This document shows, one piece after another, positions 32,199 to 40,903 of a stretch of 64,000 nt of DNA. The stretch lies in IMG/VR virus record IMGVR_UViG_3300016649_000355; one strand, written 5' to 3'. The DNA comes from a virus. Lineage: Duplodnaviria; Caudoviricetes. Under the pieces are notes generated by a model. It searched no databases. It was not told where the DNA came from and worked only from the letters and a program-made list of their open reading frames with translations. A program made the position numbers and the translations under genes. Position 1 is the stretch's first letter. Each line of letters starts with the position of its first letter.

Positions 32199-33470
32199 AT
32201 GGATACAATCACAACCGAAAACCTTGTTAAACATGGAAAACATTTTTGCGTACTGCCCTGGGTACACTTTCATAGCTGGCCTGATGGCAGGGTAATGCCT
32301 TGTTGCGTGGCAGATAGTAATATGCCTGTCGCCGATCTCAAAGATGATGAGTCTATCATTCAAATGATGAATAGCAACGATTTTAAAAAGTTGCGTGTAG
32401 CCATGATGAACGATGAACCAGTAGAAGCCTGTAAAAGATGCTATGATCTAGAACTCATGGGTACCTGGACTATGCGTCAGAGCCATAACAAACGCAAGGG
32501 TCTAGAGTATGTCAAGTATATCAGTGAAAATACCAATGAAGATGGGAGTCTCAAGAAGTTTGAGATGAAATATATGGATCTACGATTCAGTAGCATTTGC
32601 AACATGAAATGTCGTAGTTGTGGACCCGGCTGCTCAAGCCAGTGGGCGCAAGAATTCGTAGATAGAATGGGGGTAGATGAGTACGAAAAATATTTCAAGA
32701 CACGCAAGATCGTTATCAACACATCCGAAGAAATGAATTTCATGACAAAACTCAAGCCATACTTACAAGATGTCACTGAAGTTTATTTTGCGGGCGGTGA
32801 GATCATCATCACCCCTGAGCATTATGAGTGTCTTGATTATTGGATCGAGAACGGAATCAATGAAACAATTGAGTTAACTTACACAACAAACTTTAGCACC
32901 CTCAAAGGATATAAAGATAAAGATTTACTTGAGTATTGGAAAAAATTCCCTAAATTAAAAATTTGGGCAAGCTTAGATGCGCATGGCAAAGTTGCAGAGT
33001 GTATCCGTAAAGGCACTGACTGGGAAAAGATCGAAAACAATATCAAACTTGTAAAAGAGCAAGTGCCACACGCAGAATTTCAGATCACCCCCACAATTAG
33101 TTTGTGGAATGTATTTACCTTTCCTGACTTTTTTGATTACATGATCGATAAAGGATACATCGATACTAAATCAAGCCCTAGATTTAATCTCGCTACTAAT
33201 CCGTGGTATGCAAATATCATGATCATGCCTGCTCATGTCAAGCGTAGATTAGCTGAACTTTATAGAGTCTATCAAAATAAGTATAAGGACAATGTTGATA
33301 TACATAATGGTTTCAAGATGATCATCTATAATCTCACTGTGGGAGATGAAAATAAAGGTGGTATACAGGAATTTATAAAGTTCAACGAAGAGTTAGACGG
33401 TTTTAGAAATGAAAAATTAGAAGATATTATTCCTGAACTTAAAGAGGTGTTTCATTGGGCAAGAAATTAA
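32199..33470 (+). CDS. Radical SAM protein with N-terminal SPASM/twitch-like cluster motif
   Basis: CNMKCRSC, GGEII (variant of GGEP), FCVLPW.H...PCC...C.RC. Confidence 0.85.
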   Translation: MDTITTENLVKHGKHFCVLPWVHFHSWPDGRVMPCCVADSNMPVADLKDDESIIQMMNSNDFKKLRVAMMNDEPVEACKRCYDLELMGTWTMRQSHNKRKGLEYVKYISENTNEDGSLKKFEMKYMDLRFSSICNMKCRSCGPGCSSQWAQEFVDRMGVDEYEKYFKTRKIVINTSEEMNFMTKLKPYLQDVTEVYFAGGEIIITPEHYECLDYWIENGINETIELTYTTNFSTLKGYKDKDLLEYWKKFPKLKIWASLDAHGKVAECIRKGTDWEKIENNIKLVKEQVPHAEFQITPTISLWNVFTFPDFFDYMIDKGYIDTKSSPRFNLATNPWYANIMIMPAHVKRRLAELYRVYQNKYKDNVDIHNGFKMIIYNLTVGDENKGGIQEFIKFNEELDGFRNEKLEDIIPELKEVFHWARN

Positions 33471-34435
33471 TAGCAATCGAAGCTCCGCAGCCCTACTTAG
33501 CCGTTACCTGGCAAGTCAATAATTTTTGCAATTACAAATGTAGCTATTGCAATCCAGGCAATTGGGGAGGAACTGATCGCAATGAAGGTAATCTAGACCT
33601 TTATCTTGCTAACCTAGAAACGATCATCAATCGATATAGGCATTCGGGATACAAAAACTTTAAATTCTTTTTTAGTGGCGGTGAGCCCACAGCCTGGAGT
33701 AACTTCATTCCGATTTGTGAATGGATATATAATACATTACCAAGGGCCACTTTAGCAGTCAATACTAACTTAAGCAGGCCATTGGCATGGTGGCAAAAAC
33801 ATTATCATCTATTTGACGATGTGGTTGCAAGTTTTCACATTGAGTTTGCTGATAAAAAAAGATACGAAGAGAACAGTATATTTTTGTGTGATAAGGTAAA
33901 CTATCTTTCTACAAAGATGCTGATGCATGAAGAAAGATTTTGGGAAGTAGTCGAGTATGGAAATTATCTCAAAACAGTGATGCCTAACTACTTCTTAGAA
34001 TGGACTCCCCTGTTTGATGAAATGAGTGTAAATACTGGTCCATGGCATTACAAAGATCCTGCCAAAGAACAATGGCTGAAAGAACACATTACTGAAATTC
34101 AGCAAACCAAACGCAAGCCCATGAAGCGCACCACACTTACTGTAAGTTACAACAAGTATGATGATGGGTCTAGTGAAGTGTGCAACAGCAATGAAGTTAT
34201 CGTCGCCGGGAATAATTTTTTCAGTGGATGGAATTGTAATGTAGGTGATTGTATTTTTATAAATCCGGTAGGGGAGATGAGTCTAGCAAGCTGCGGTATG
34301 GGCGGTTATGTAGGTCATATTTTAAATGATATTAATAGGGTAGGTCCTAAACAAATCATTTGTGAAAAAGAACATTGTCACTGCGGTACAGATATCATTA
34401 TTCCTAAATTTAATTCTGATTTTGTTACCCAATGA
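33455..34435 (+). CDS. Radical SAM protein with C-terminal twitch-like Cys motif
   Basis: CNYKCSYC, GGEPT, C-terminal C..G...C...C....CHCG. TTG start with a GAGG RBS. Confidence 0.85.
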   Translation: MGKKLIAIEAPQPYLAVTWQVNNFCNYKCSYCNPGNWGGTDRNEGNLDLYLANLETIINRYRHSGYKNFKFFFSGGEPTAWSNFIPICEWIYNTLPRATLAVNTNLSRPLAWWQKHYHLFDDVVASFHIEFADKKRYEENSIFLCDKVNYLSTKMLMHEERFWEVVEYGNYLKTVMPNYFLEWTPLFDEMSVNTGPWHYKDPAKEQWLKEHITEIQQTKRKPMKRTTLTVSYNKYDDGSSEVCNSNEVIVAGNNFFSGWNCNVGDCIFINPVGEMSLASCGMGGYVGHILNDINRVGPKQIICEKEHCHCGTDIIIPKFNSDFVTQ

Positions 34436-35751
34436 ATAAGATATATGTAGCATATAGTTGGATAGGTCCCACTGGCCCACTCTCTAATAATCAAGTACCC
34501 ACAATTCTTACTTTAGCAGATAATTATAATGAAACAAATATAATATCTGATAAAAATGATCGCGAGGATACATGGGAAAGAATTTTTTCGCAGGGGCCAG
34601 ACTTGTATTCTTTAAAACCTTCGGCTACTCTTGAACAAAATGATATTTTTGTTTTTCCATTCAAGCTTAATGTAAGAACACCGTTATCAAGTTATTTTTC
34701 ATACAATAATGGTTTGCTAGAATATAGTTTTACCGGCGGTGATGTCAACGCAAAAGTAAGAGAATTTAATGGCTATTTTGTATTTGATTTCAGAGATGAA
34801 GCTTCAGTTAGCGAACAATTTTTTTCAGCAATACACTCTTATTTTAAAATGCACGGTATGCTCGCGTATAAAGTGATATTTTTAACAGGTGCTATAAATG
34901 TTGTAGAATTATATGAAAAATTTTGTAGCAAGCATAATTTTACGCCGGGGGAGCAATCTAGAATTAAATTTATTCCTTGCCCTGACTATGAACCATTCAA
35001 TAAACAGATATGTCATAAGACGATACATACTTTTACAGAACCTGAATATAATATAGAAGTAGTCCCGAGTAAATTTTTTCTATGCTGGAATCGCAGATTT
35101 AGGAAGCATAGAATCACACTTTGCCTGGCTATGGAAAAATCAAAATTGATTGAGAAAAGTTACCTAAGCCTTGCTAGAAAAGACGCTGCGTTCGACAAAG
35201 ACATCACAGAATTTATACATGATATTCCACCGGAAATGAATATTGATGAAAATACTAAAAATGAATTAATTAAAAGATTGCCTTTGATTTTAGATGAGGA
35301 ATCTAATGTTTCTGAAATGTGTACGGATTCCTTATATAAGACGAGACCTTTTTATAGTGATAGTTTAGTTAGTATCGTCACTGAAACAAATTTTGATTTG
35401 CCCATATTAACATCTACAGAAAAAACATTTAAACCGATGCGCGAAAAACATCCGTTTATATTAGTTGCTTCCTCGGGAGCATTAAAAGCCTTAAAAAGTA
35501 TAGGATTTAAAACATTCGATAAATTCTGGGATGAAAGTTATGATGATATCACAAATCATAATCAGCGAATGCATAAAATTATTGAAATTTTAAATTATAT
35601 AGCATCTTGGGATCGAGATAAAATTTTAGATTTTAAAAAACAGGCTAAAGAGATTGTTGAACATAATTATAATCAACTAAAAATATCTCCCGTCAGAAGA
35701 ATATTAAATGAGATTTATGGTCATATAGTATCGACAACACAAATTAAGTGA
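34432..35751 (+). CDS. Uncharacterised protein carrying the recurrent 'WNR..R.HR / VTET / TEK.FKP..HPF / DESYD' domain (possibly GT10-like)
   Basis: Motif shared with three other proteins in the cluster. Confidence 0.55.
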   Translation: MNKIYVAYSWIGPTGPLSNNQVPTILTLADNYNETNIISDKNDREDTWERIFSQGPDLYSLKPSATLEQNDIFVFPFKLNVRTPLSSYFSYNNGLLEYSFTGGDVNAKVREFNGYFVFDFRDEASVSEQFFSAIHSYFKMHGMLAYKVIFLTGAINVVELYEKFCSKHNFTPGEQSRIKFIPCPDYEPFNKQICHKTIHTFTEPEYNIEVVPSKFFLCWNRRFRKHRITLCLAMEKSKLIEKSYLSLARKDAAFDKDITEFIHDIPPEMNIDENTKNELIKRLPLILDEESNVSEMCTDSLYKTRPFYSDSLVSIVTETNFDLPILTSTEKTFKPMREKHPFILVASSGALKALKSIGFKTFDKFWDESYDDITNHNQRMHKIIEILNYIASWDRDKILDFKKQAKEIVEHNYNQLKISPVRRILNEIYGHIVSTTQIK

Positions 35752-35758
35752 ATAAATA
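35751..35758 (+). promoter_or_regulatory. Putative late-promoter motif AATAAATA
   Basis: 5 nt before the ATG at 35764, with no Shine-Dalgarno in between. Confidence 0.4.
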
Positions 35759-35763
35759 TAATC

Positions 35764-37080
35764 ATGGATAAAATAAATGTAGCTTATAACTGGTTAGGAC
35801 CAAGAGGTCCAATTTGGAACAGTGAGTTGCCTACAATATATGGTATGGCAACAGTCTGTGAAGATGTAAAAGTCGATTCGCATAATTATTGGATGGATGA
35901 TACCTGGACTAAAATTTATAAAATTAGAAGAGACCAGTTTAACTTAAGTCCAACTACTTATCTAGAAGAAAATGATATATTTGTATACCCGTATTCTTTG
36001 TCTTGGAGAATACCATTTAATAATTATTTTTTAAAGGATGCGGGAATATTGGAATTTTCGCATACCCCGAATCACATAAAGCATTTAATTCGTAACGCCA
36101 AAGGATTTATATCGATTGATGTGTCAGGCGAAGCATGGATGGCTGACGAACATTTGCGTGTCATGCATAATTATTTTAGAACTTTCAATCACATGCCTCT
36201 AGGAAAAATTATTTATTTGACAGGGGCTATGAATGCTGAACATTTGTACAATGATTTTTGTAGAAGAAATAATATTGAAAACACCTTTAAGGATAGACTA
36301 AAGATCATAAGCTATCCTAACTATCAGGACATTCAGGTTAATCTTTTAAATAACGAACAGAATCAAACAGTACTAGAATATAATACAGAAACTATTCCCG
36401 AAAAATTATTTTTATGTTGGAATCGAAGATTGCGCAGGCATAGAACCGTTTTAGCAGTTGCATTGAATAAAAATAATCTTTTAGACAAAACTTTTTTGAG
36501 CATGGGAAGAACTGACCCAGAAACGGAAACTACCCATTTTGAAAATATTATTAATATACATACTGATCCGGCGTTAGCATTGACTAACAATGATATACAA
36601 GAATTTATTAATAAATTGCCTCTTAAATTAGATGATGAGACTTGGATCAATGAAATGTGTATCGATCGGAATTATAAAACACGACCATTCTATACAAACA
36701 GTTTATTGAGTGTTGTAACAGAAACTAATTTTGACATTCCCCAAGTAACATTGACTGAAAAATCTTTTAAACCTATAAGAGAGAAACATCCTTTTATTAT
36801 TGTAGGTTCTCCCGGCGCGGTTCAAAGTATGCGCGATCTAGGGTTTAAAACATTCTATGAATTCTGGGACGAAAGCTATGATAGTATGATTAGCAATCAA
36901 GAGAGAATGTTTAAAATAGTGGGAATATTAAAAGATATTGCGACTTGGGATAATAATAAAATTCTAGATTTCAAACGCAGAGTAAAACATATCCTTGATC
37001 ATAATTACGAATTATTAAAAATAGATCCAACTTTGGGTGTTACGCAAAAAATAATAGATCATATGAGGAATAATTCATGA
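35764..37080 (+). CDS. Paralogue of 34432-35751 (possibly GT10-like)
   Basis: Full-length collinear similarity: KINVAYNW.GP.GP, LCWNRRLRRHR, SVVTETNFD, TEKSFKPIREKHPF, FWDESYD. Confidence 0.55.
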   Translation: MDKINVAYNWLGPRGPIWNSELPTIYGMATVCEDVKVDSHNYWMDDTWTKIYKIRRDQFNLSPTTYLEENDIFVYPYSLSWRIPFNNYFLKDAGILEFSHTPNHIKHLIRNAKGFISIDVSGEAWMADEHLRVMHNYFRTFNHMPLGKIIYLTGAMNAEHLYNDFCRRNNIENTFKDRLKIISYPNYQDIQVNLLNNEQNQTVLEYNTETIPEKLFLCWNRRLRRHRTVLAVALNKNNLLDKTFLSMGRTDPETETTHFENIINIHTDPALALTNNDIQEFINKLPLKLDDETWINEMCIDRNYKTRPFYTNSLLSVVTETNFDIPQVTLTEKSFKPIREKHPFIIVGSPGAVQSMRDLGFKTFYEFWDESYDSMISNQERMFKIVGILKDIATWDNNKILDFKRRVKHILDHNYELLKIDPTLGVTQKIIDHMRNNS

Positions 37081-38054
37081 AGAAAATTTTAGTATGTGGA
37101 GCCGGCGGATTTATAGGAACCCATTTGGTAGAAAAACTTAAATCAATGGGGGAATTTATAGTAGGTGTTGATCTCAAATACCCCTTATATTCTAAAACTC
37201 ATGCTGATGAATTTCATATTGCGGATCTGAGGAATAAATCTACATTAAAAGATATAGTAAATTTGCATGATTTTGATGAGATATATCAACTAGCAGCAGA
37301 CATGGGAGGCGCAGGATATATCTTTATCGGGGACAATGATGCCGATATCATGCACAATTCAGTTTCGATAAATTTAAATGTGTTAGATATAATGCGAGAA
37401 TATAAAATCAAAAAAGTATTTTATAGTTCTAGCGCATGCATGTATCCTAGTTACAATCAAGAAGATCCATTAAATCCTTTGTGCAGCGAAGAAAGTGCAT
37501 ATCCTGCTAATCCTGACAGCGAATATGGTTGGGAAAAATTATTTAGCGAAAGACTTTATCTTGCATATGCAAAGAATCATGGTATTGACATCAGGATAGC
37601 TAGATTTCACAATGTGTTTGGTCCCAGAGGGTCATGGAATAACGGAAAAGAAAAGGCTCCGGCCGCATTATGTCGCAAAGTTGCGTTGAGCGACGGCATA
37701 GTAGAAGTATGGGGTCCTGGCAATCAAACACGGTCATTTTTATTCATTGATGAGTGCGTCGAAGGTATGCTCAAGATAATGGAAAATGATTATAAATTAC
37801 CAATAAATCTTGGAAGCACTAGAAGTATTAGTATAAATGATCTAACTCGTTTGATAGCCGAAATAGCAGATAAAAAAATTGAGATCAAAAATATTCCGGG
37901 ACCAATGGGTGTGATGGGCCGAAATAGCGATAATCAACTAATAAAAGAAAAAATAAATTGGACACCTGTCGAGGATCTAGAAACTGGTTTAAAAATAACC
38001 TATGCCTGGATACAGGAGCAAATAGCTAAAGGTATAAAGGATATAAATCAATGA
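37077..38054 (+). CDS. NAD-dependent nucleotide-sugar epimerase, GDP-mannose 3',5'-epimerase-like
   Basis: GAGGFIG, LAADMGGAGYI, YSSSAC.YP, YGWEK (YxxxK), KAPAALCRK, QTRSFLFIDECVEG. Confidence 0.85.
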   Translation: MKKILVCGAGGFIGTHLVEKLKSMGEFIVGVDLKYPLYSKTHADEFHIADLRNKSTLKDIVNLHDFDEIYQLAADMGGAGYIFIGDNDADIMHNSVSINLNVLDIMREYKIKKVFYSSSACMYPSYNQEDPLNPLCSEESAYPANPDSEYGWEKLFSERLYLAYAKNHGIDIRIARFHNVFGPRGSWNNGKEKAPAALCRKVALSDGIVEVWGPGNQTRSFLFIDECVEGMLKIMENDYKLPINLGSTRSISINDLTRLIAEIADKKIEIKNIPGPMGVMGRNSDNQLIKEKINWTPVEDLETGLKITYAWIQEQIAKGIKDINQ

Positions 38055-38977
38055 AAAAATATATCATTGGTCTAGGTTGCAGCTGGACACAAGGCGAAGG
38101 CGGCTACCCTAAAGAAGTCGTAGATGAACATAACGGATACACACAGATAAGGGGTAGGGACGATTATTATCTTAGGAAATATGAATTAGAAAATTCTTGG
38201 GTAAATCAATTAGCAAGAGATCATTTTCCCGATCATATACCTGTCAATTTAGGAATAAAGGGCATAGGAAATTATGCAGCAGTCAATCAATTACATTATT
38301 TAGATCAACATGATATCTCGGAAGGTACGGGGATAATTATATTGATGCTCAGTGGTTTAGAGCGATTAGATTTTTTTCAACGAGATCCTAGAAAAGCAGA
38401 CAAAAATAAAGATCCGGATTTTTATTCAGATGGATACTATGAACATTTAAAATGGAGAACAGCCTGGCCTTATGAGATAAAAGAAGGCGACAGTGTTCTG
38501 TGGAACACTTATGCAAGAGAATTATGGAGTGAGTTATTTGTAGCTAATAATACAATGATGACTCTTTTAAATTTACAAAACTATGCAAAAACTATTAATT
38601 TTGAGTTAGTTGTTGCAAATGCCTTCAATGGTTATTCTTCGGGTGTTTATGAATTTTTAAAAGAACACTGCCAACCTCTAGTTAATAAGTTTGATTGGTC
38701 TTGTTATCTTCATAATACCACCGATTATAGTGCGTTCATGGAAAAACTAGTATTATTAGATGGTAAGATACCTGACTGGAGAGGTTTTCACAGTTACTAT
38801 CATCCAAAAAATTTAAAAACTCATTCAGAGTATTTGACAAATGATGAGGGCGCTCACCCAACTATCAAAGGATATAAGGTAATAGCAGACGAGTTGGCAA
38901 AATTCATAAATAGTAGAAATTATGACAAAAAAGAAAATAGTCAGCTTCGTCAATCCCAACTTTCAGCAAGGCCCTAA
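38051..38977 (+). CDS. SGNH/GDSL-like hydrolase or acyltransferase
   Basis: GLGCSWTQG (block I), NLGIKG (block II), DEGAHP (block V). Confidence 0.55.
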   Translation: MKKYIIGLGCSWTQGEGGYPKEVVDEHNGYTQIRGRDDYYLRKYELENSWVNQLARDHFPDHIPVNLGIKGIGNYAAVNQLHYLDQHDISEGTGIIILMLSGLERLDFFQRDPRKADKNKDPDFYSDGYYEHLKWRTAWPYEIKEGDSVLWNTYARELWSELFVANNTMMTLLNLQNYAKTINFELVVANAFNGYSSGVYEFLKEHCQPLVNKFDWSCYLHNTTDYSAFMEKLVLLDGKIPDWRGFHSYYHPKNLKTHSEYLTNDEGAHPTIKGYKVIADELAKFINSRNYDKKENSQLRQSQLSARP

Positions 38978-40850
38978 AGAATTTAACGCCTACTATCTTC
39001 CATACAGCCCGGCTGTGTTATGGAGTTATGTAGTTCAATTTCCTGAGATCAGTGAAAACTTTGAATTAGGAGAATTTGTATGGCGAAGAGATCATATACC
39101 TGAAGTAGTCGAAATATTAAAACACCACGACATTGTTGGATTTTCCACATATGTTTGGAATCGTAGTTATAACACTGTTTTAGCTAGAGAATTAAAAAAA
39201 GCTAATCCTAAAATTTTAATACTTGCAGGTGGCCCTGAGTATCCTATCGAGAAATCGGATTTTTTTGATAGATATCCCTTTATCGATATATGTGCTAAAT
39301 TAGAAGGGGAAAAATCCTTCAGAAGGATACTTGAAAAATTCAATCAAGGTATCAACGACTATTCTGATATACCGGGCTTACTTATCAACGATAATGGCAA
39401 AATATTAGATACTGGTGATGCTATAAGGATAGATGATCTAGACACAATACCTAGTCCTTATTTGACAGGAATATTTGATAAACTAATGCAAAAGCATCCT
39501 GAAATAAGATGGAACGCCACATTGGAAACAAACAGGGGCTGTCCATATGCATGCACATTTTGTGACTGGGGGTCACTGACATATAACAAGGTTAAGAAAT
39601 TTAATCTTGAGCGCGTGTTCGATGAATTAGAATGGATCGGAAGAAACAAATGTGACTTTGTTAGTTTAACTGATGCTAATTTTGGAATATTCCCTGAGCG
39701 TGATAGCATCATCGCAGATAAATTGATCGAGGTACAAAAGAAGTATGACAACCCCAAAGCCTACACCATCGCATGGGCAAAAAATCAAAAAAGAGAAGTA
39801 GTAGAGATCGTCCGTAAGTTGATATATGAGGGTGGTAGCAAGATGGGCCTTAATTTGTCTGTTCAGAGCATGGATGATAATGTATTAGAGATCATCAAAA
39901 GAAAGAATCTTGAGATGAACAAGATCCAAGAAGTTTTCGAGATGTGCGAAGAATATAACATTCCGTTGTACACTGAACTTATTCTTGGTCTTCCAGGCGA
40001 AACATTAGTTACTTGGAAAGAAAATTTCTATAAATTATTTAAAGCAGGCAATCATACAGGAATCACAGTGTATCAAGCACAATTACTGGAAAATGCTGAG
40101 ATGAATCTGTTGCAAAGGAAATTATATAAATTGCAAGGGCAGATCGTGTATGATTATTTGGTTGGAACATATAATGAACACGAAGTAAAAGAAGGTATAG
40201 AAGTAATTGTTTCTACAAAAGATTTGCCTTTTGAACAAATGGTAGAAGCACAAGTATTCAGTTGGTTCTTAAATACATTTCATATCAATGGCATCACTAC
40301 CTATATTAGCAGGGTTCTTTATAAATTAAAAAATATAGAATACAGCGATTTTTATGAAGGGTTGTATGAATATATCAAACAAGATCCATGGATGAATAAC
40401 GAGATAGAAAGAATCAAAGAACATTATAGTAATTGGAGTAAATATGGAAGGATCGATCATGAACCTATACAAGGTATGGAAATACATGGTTGGAATTTGA
40501 TTCATAGCACAGTTATCAATATCCAGGGTCAGAGCAAGCATAATCATGTGTTTGAATTGATTCATGGTTATATTAAAAAATTTAATCTTGATACATCGCT
40601 TGAGAATGAGTTGATAGATTTTCAAAAACTATTTTTGATAGACTATAACATCGCTAAAATATATCCTGTCGTGAAAAGATTTGAACATGATATTCCCGGA
40701 TATGTACAAAATACACACGAACTTAATACTTTATGTTCATATGAATTTGAATTTCCCGAAGATAAAAATATGTCATTGCAAAGATTCTGCGAGCAGATAT
40801 TTTTTGCCAGAAGAAGAAACTTCGGTAAGAGTTGGTTAACCAGACATTAA
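38922..40850 (+). CDS. B12-binding-domain radical SAM protein (class B-like)
   Basis: IVGFSTYVWN, ILAGGP, EGE, ETNRGCPYACTFCDWG, DANFG, ELILGLPGET. Confidence 0.85.
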   Translation: MTKKKIVSFVNPNFQQGPKEFNAYYLPYSPAVLWSYVVQFPEISENFELGEFVWRRDHIPEVVEILKHHDIVGFSTYVWNRSYNTVLARELKKANPKILILAGGPEYPIEKSDFFDRYPFIDICAKLEGEKSFRRILEKFNQGINDYSDIPGLLINDNGKILDTGDAIRIDDLDTIPSPYLTGIFDKLMQKHPEIRWNATLETNRGCPYACTFCDWGSLTYNKVKKFNLERVFDELEWIGRNKCDFVSLTDANFGIFPERDSIIADKLIEVQKKYDNPKAYTIAWAKNQKREVVEIVRKLIYEGGSKMGLNLSVQSMDDNVLEIIKRKNLEMNKIQEVFEMCEEYNIPLYTELILGLPGETLVTWKENFYKLFKAGNHTGITVYQAQLLENAEMNLLQRKLYKLQGQIVYDYLVGTYNEHEVKEGIEVIVSTKDLPFEQMVEAQVFSWFLNTFHINGITTYISRVLYKLKNIEYSDFYEGLYEYIKQDPWMNNEIERIKEHYSNWSKYGRIDHEPIQGMEIHGWNLIHSTVINIQGQSKHNHVFELIHGYIKKFNLDTSLENELIDFQKLFLIDYNIAKIYPVVKRFEHDIPGYVQNTHELNTLCSYEFEFPEDKNMSLQRFCEQIFFARRRNFGKSWLTRH

Positions 40851-40870
40851 TTTGTAGTGTCTGTCTATAT

Positions 40871-40878
40871 TATAAATA
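40871..40878 (+). promoter_or_regulatory. Putative late promoter TATAAATA
   Basis: Exact T4-late consensus in a 53-nt intergenic gap, ahead of a GAGG RBS. Confidence 0.55.
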
Positions 40879-40903
40879 TTTTAATAAAAATATGAGGATT
40901 TAA

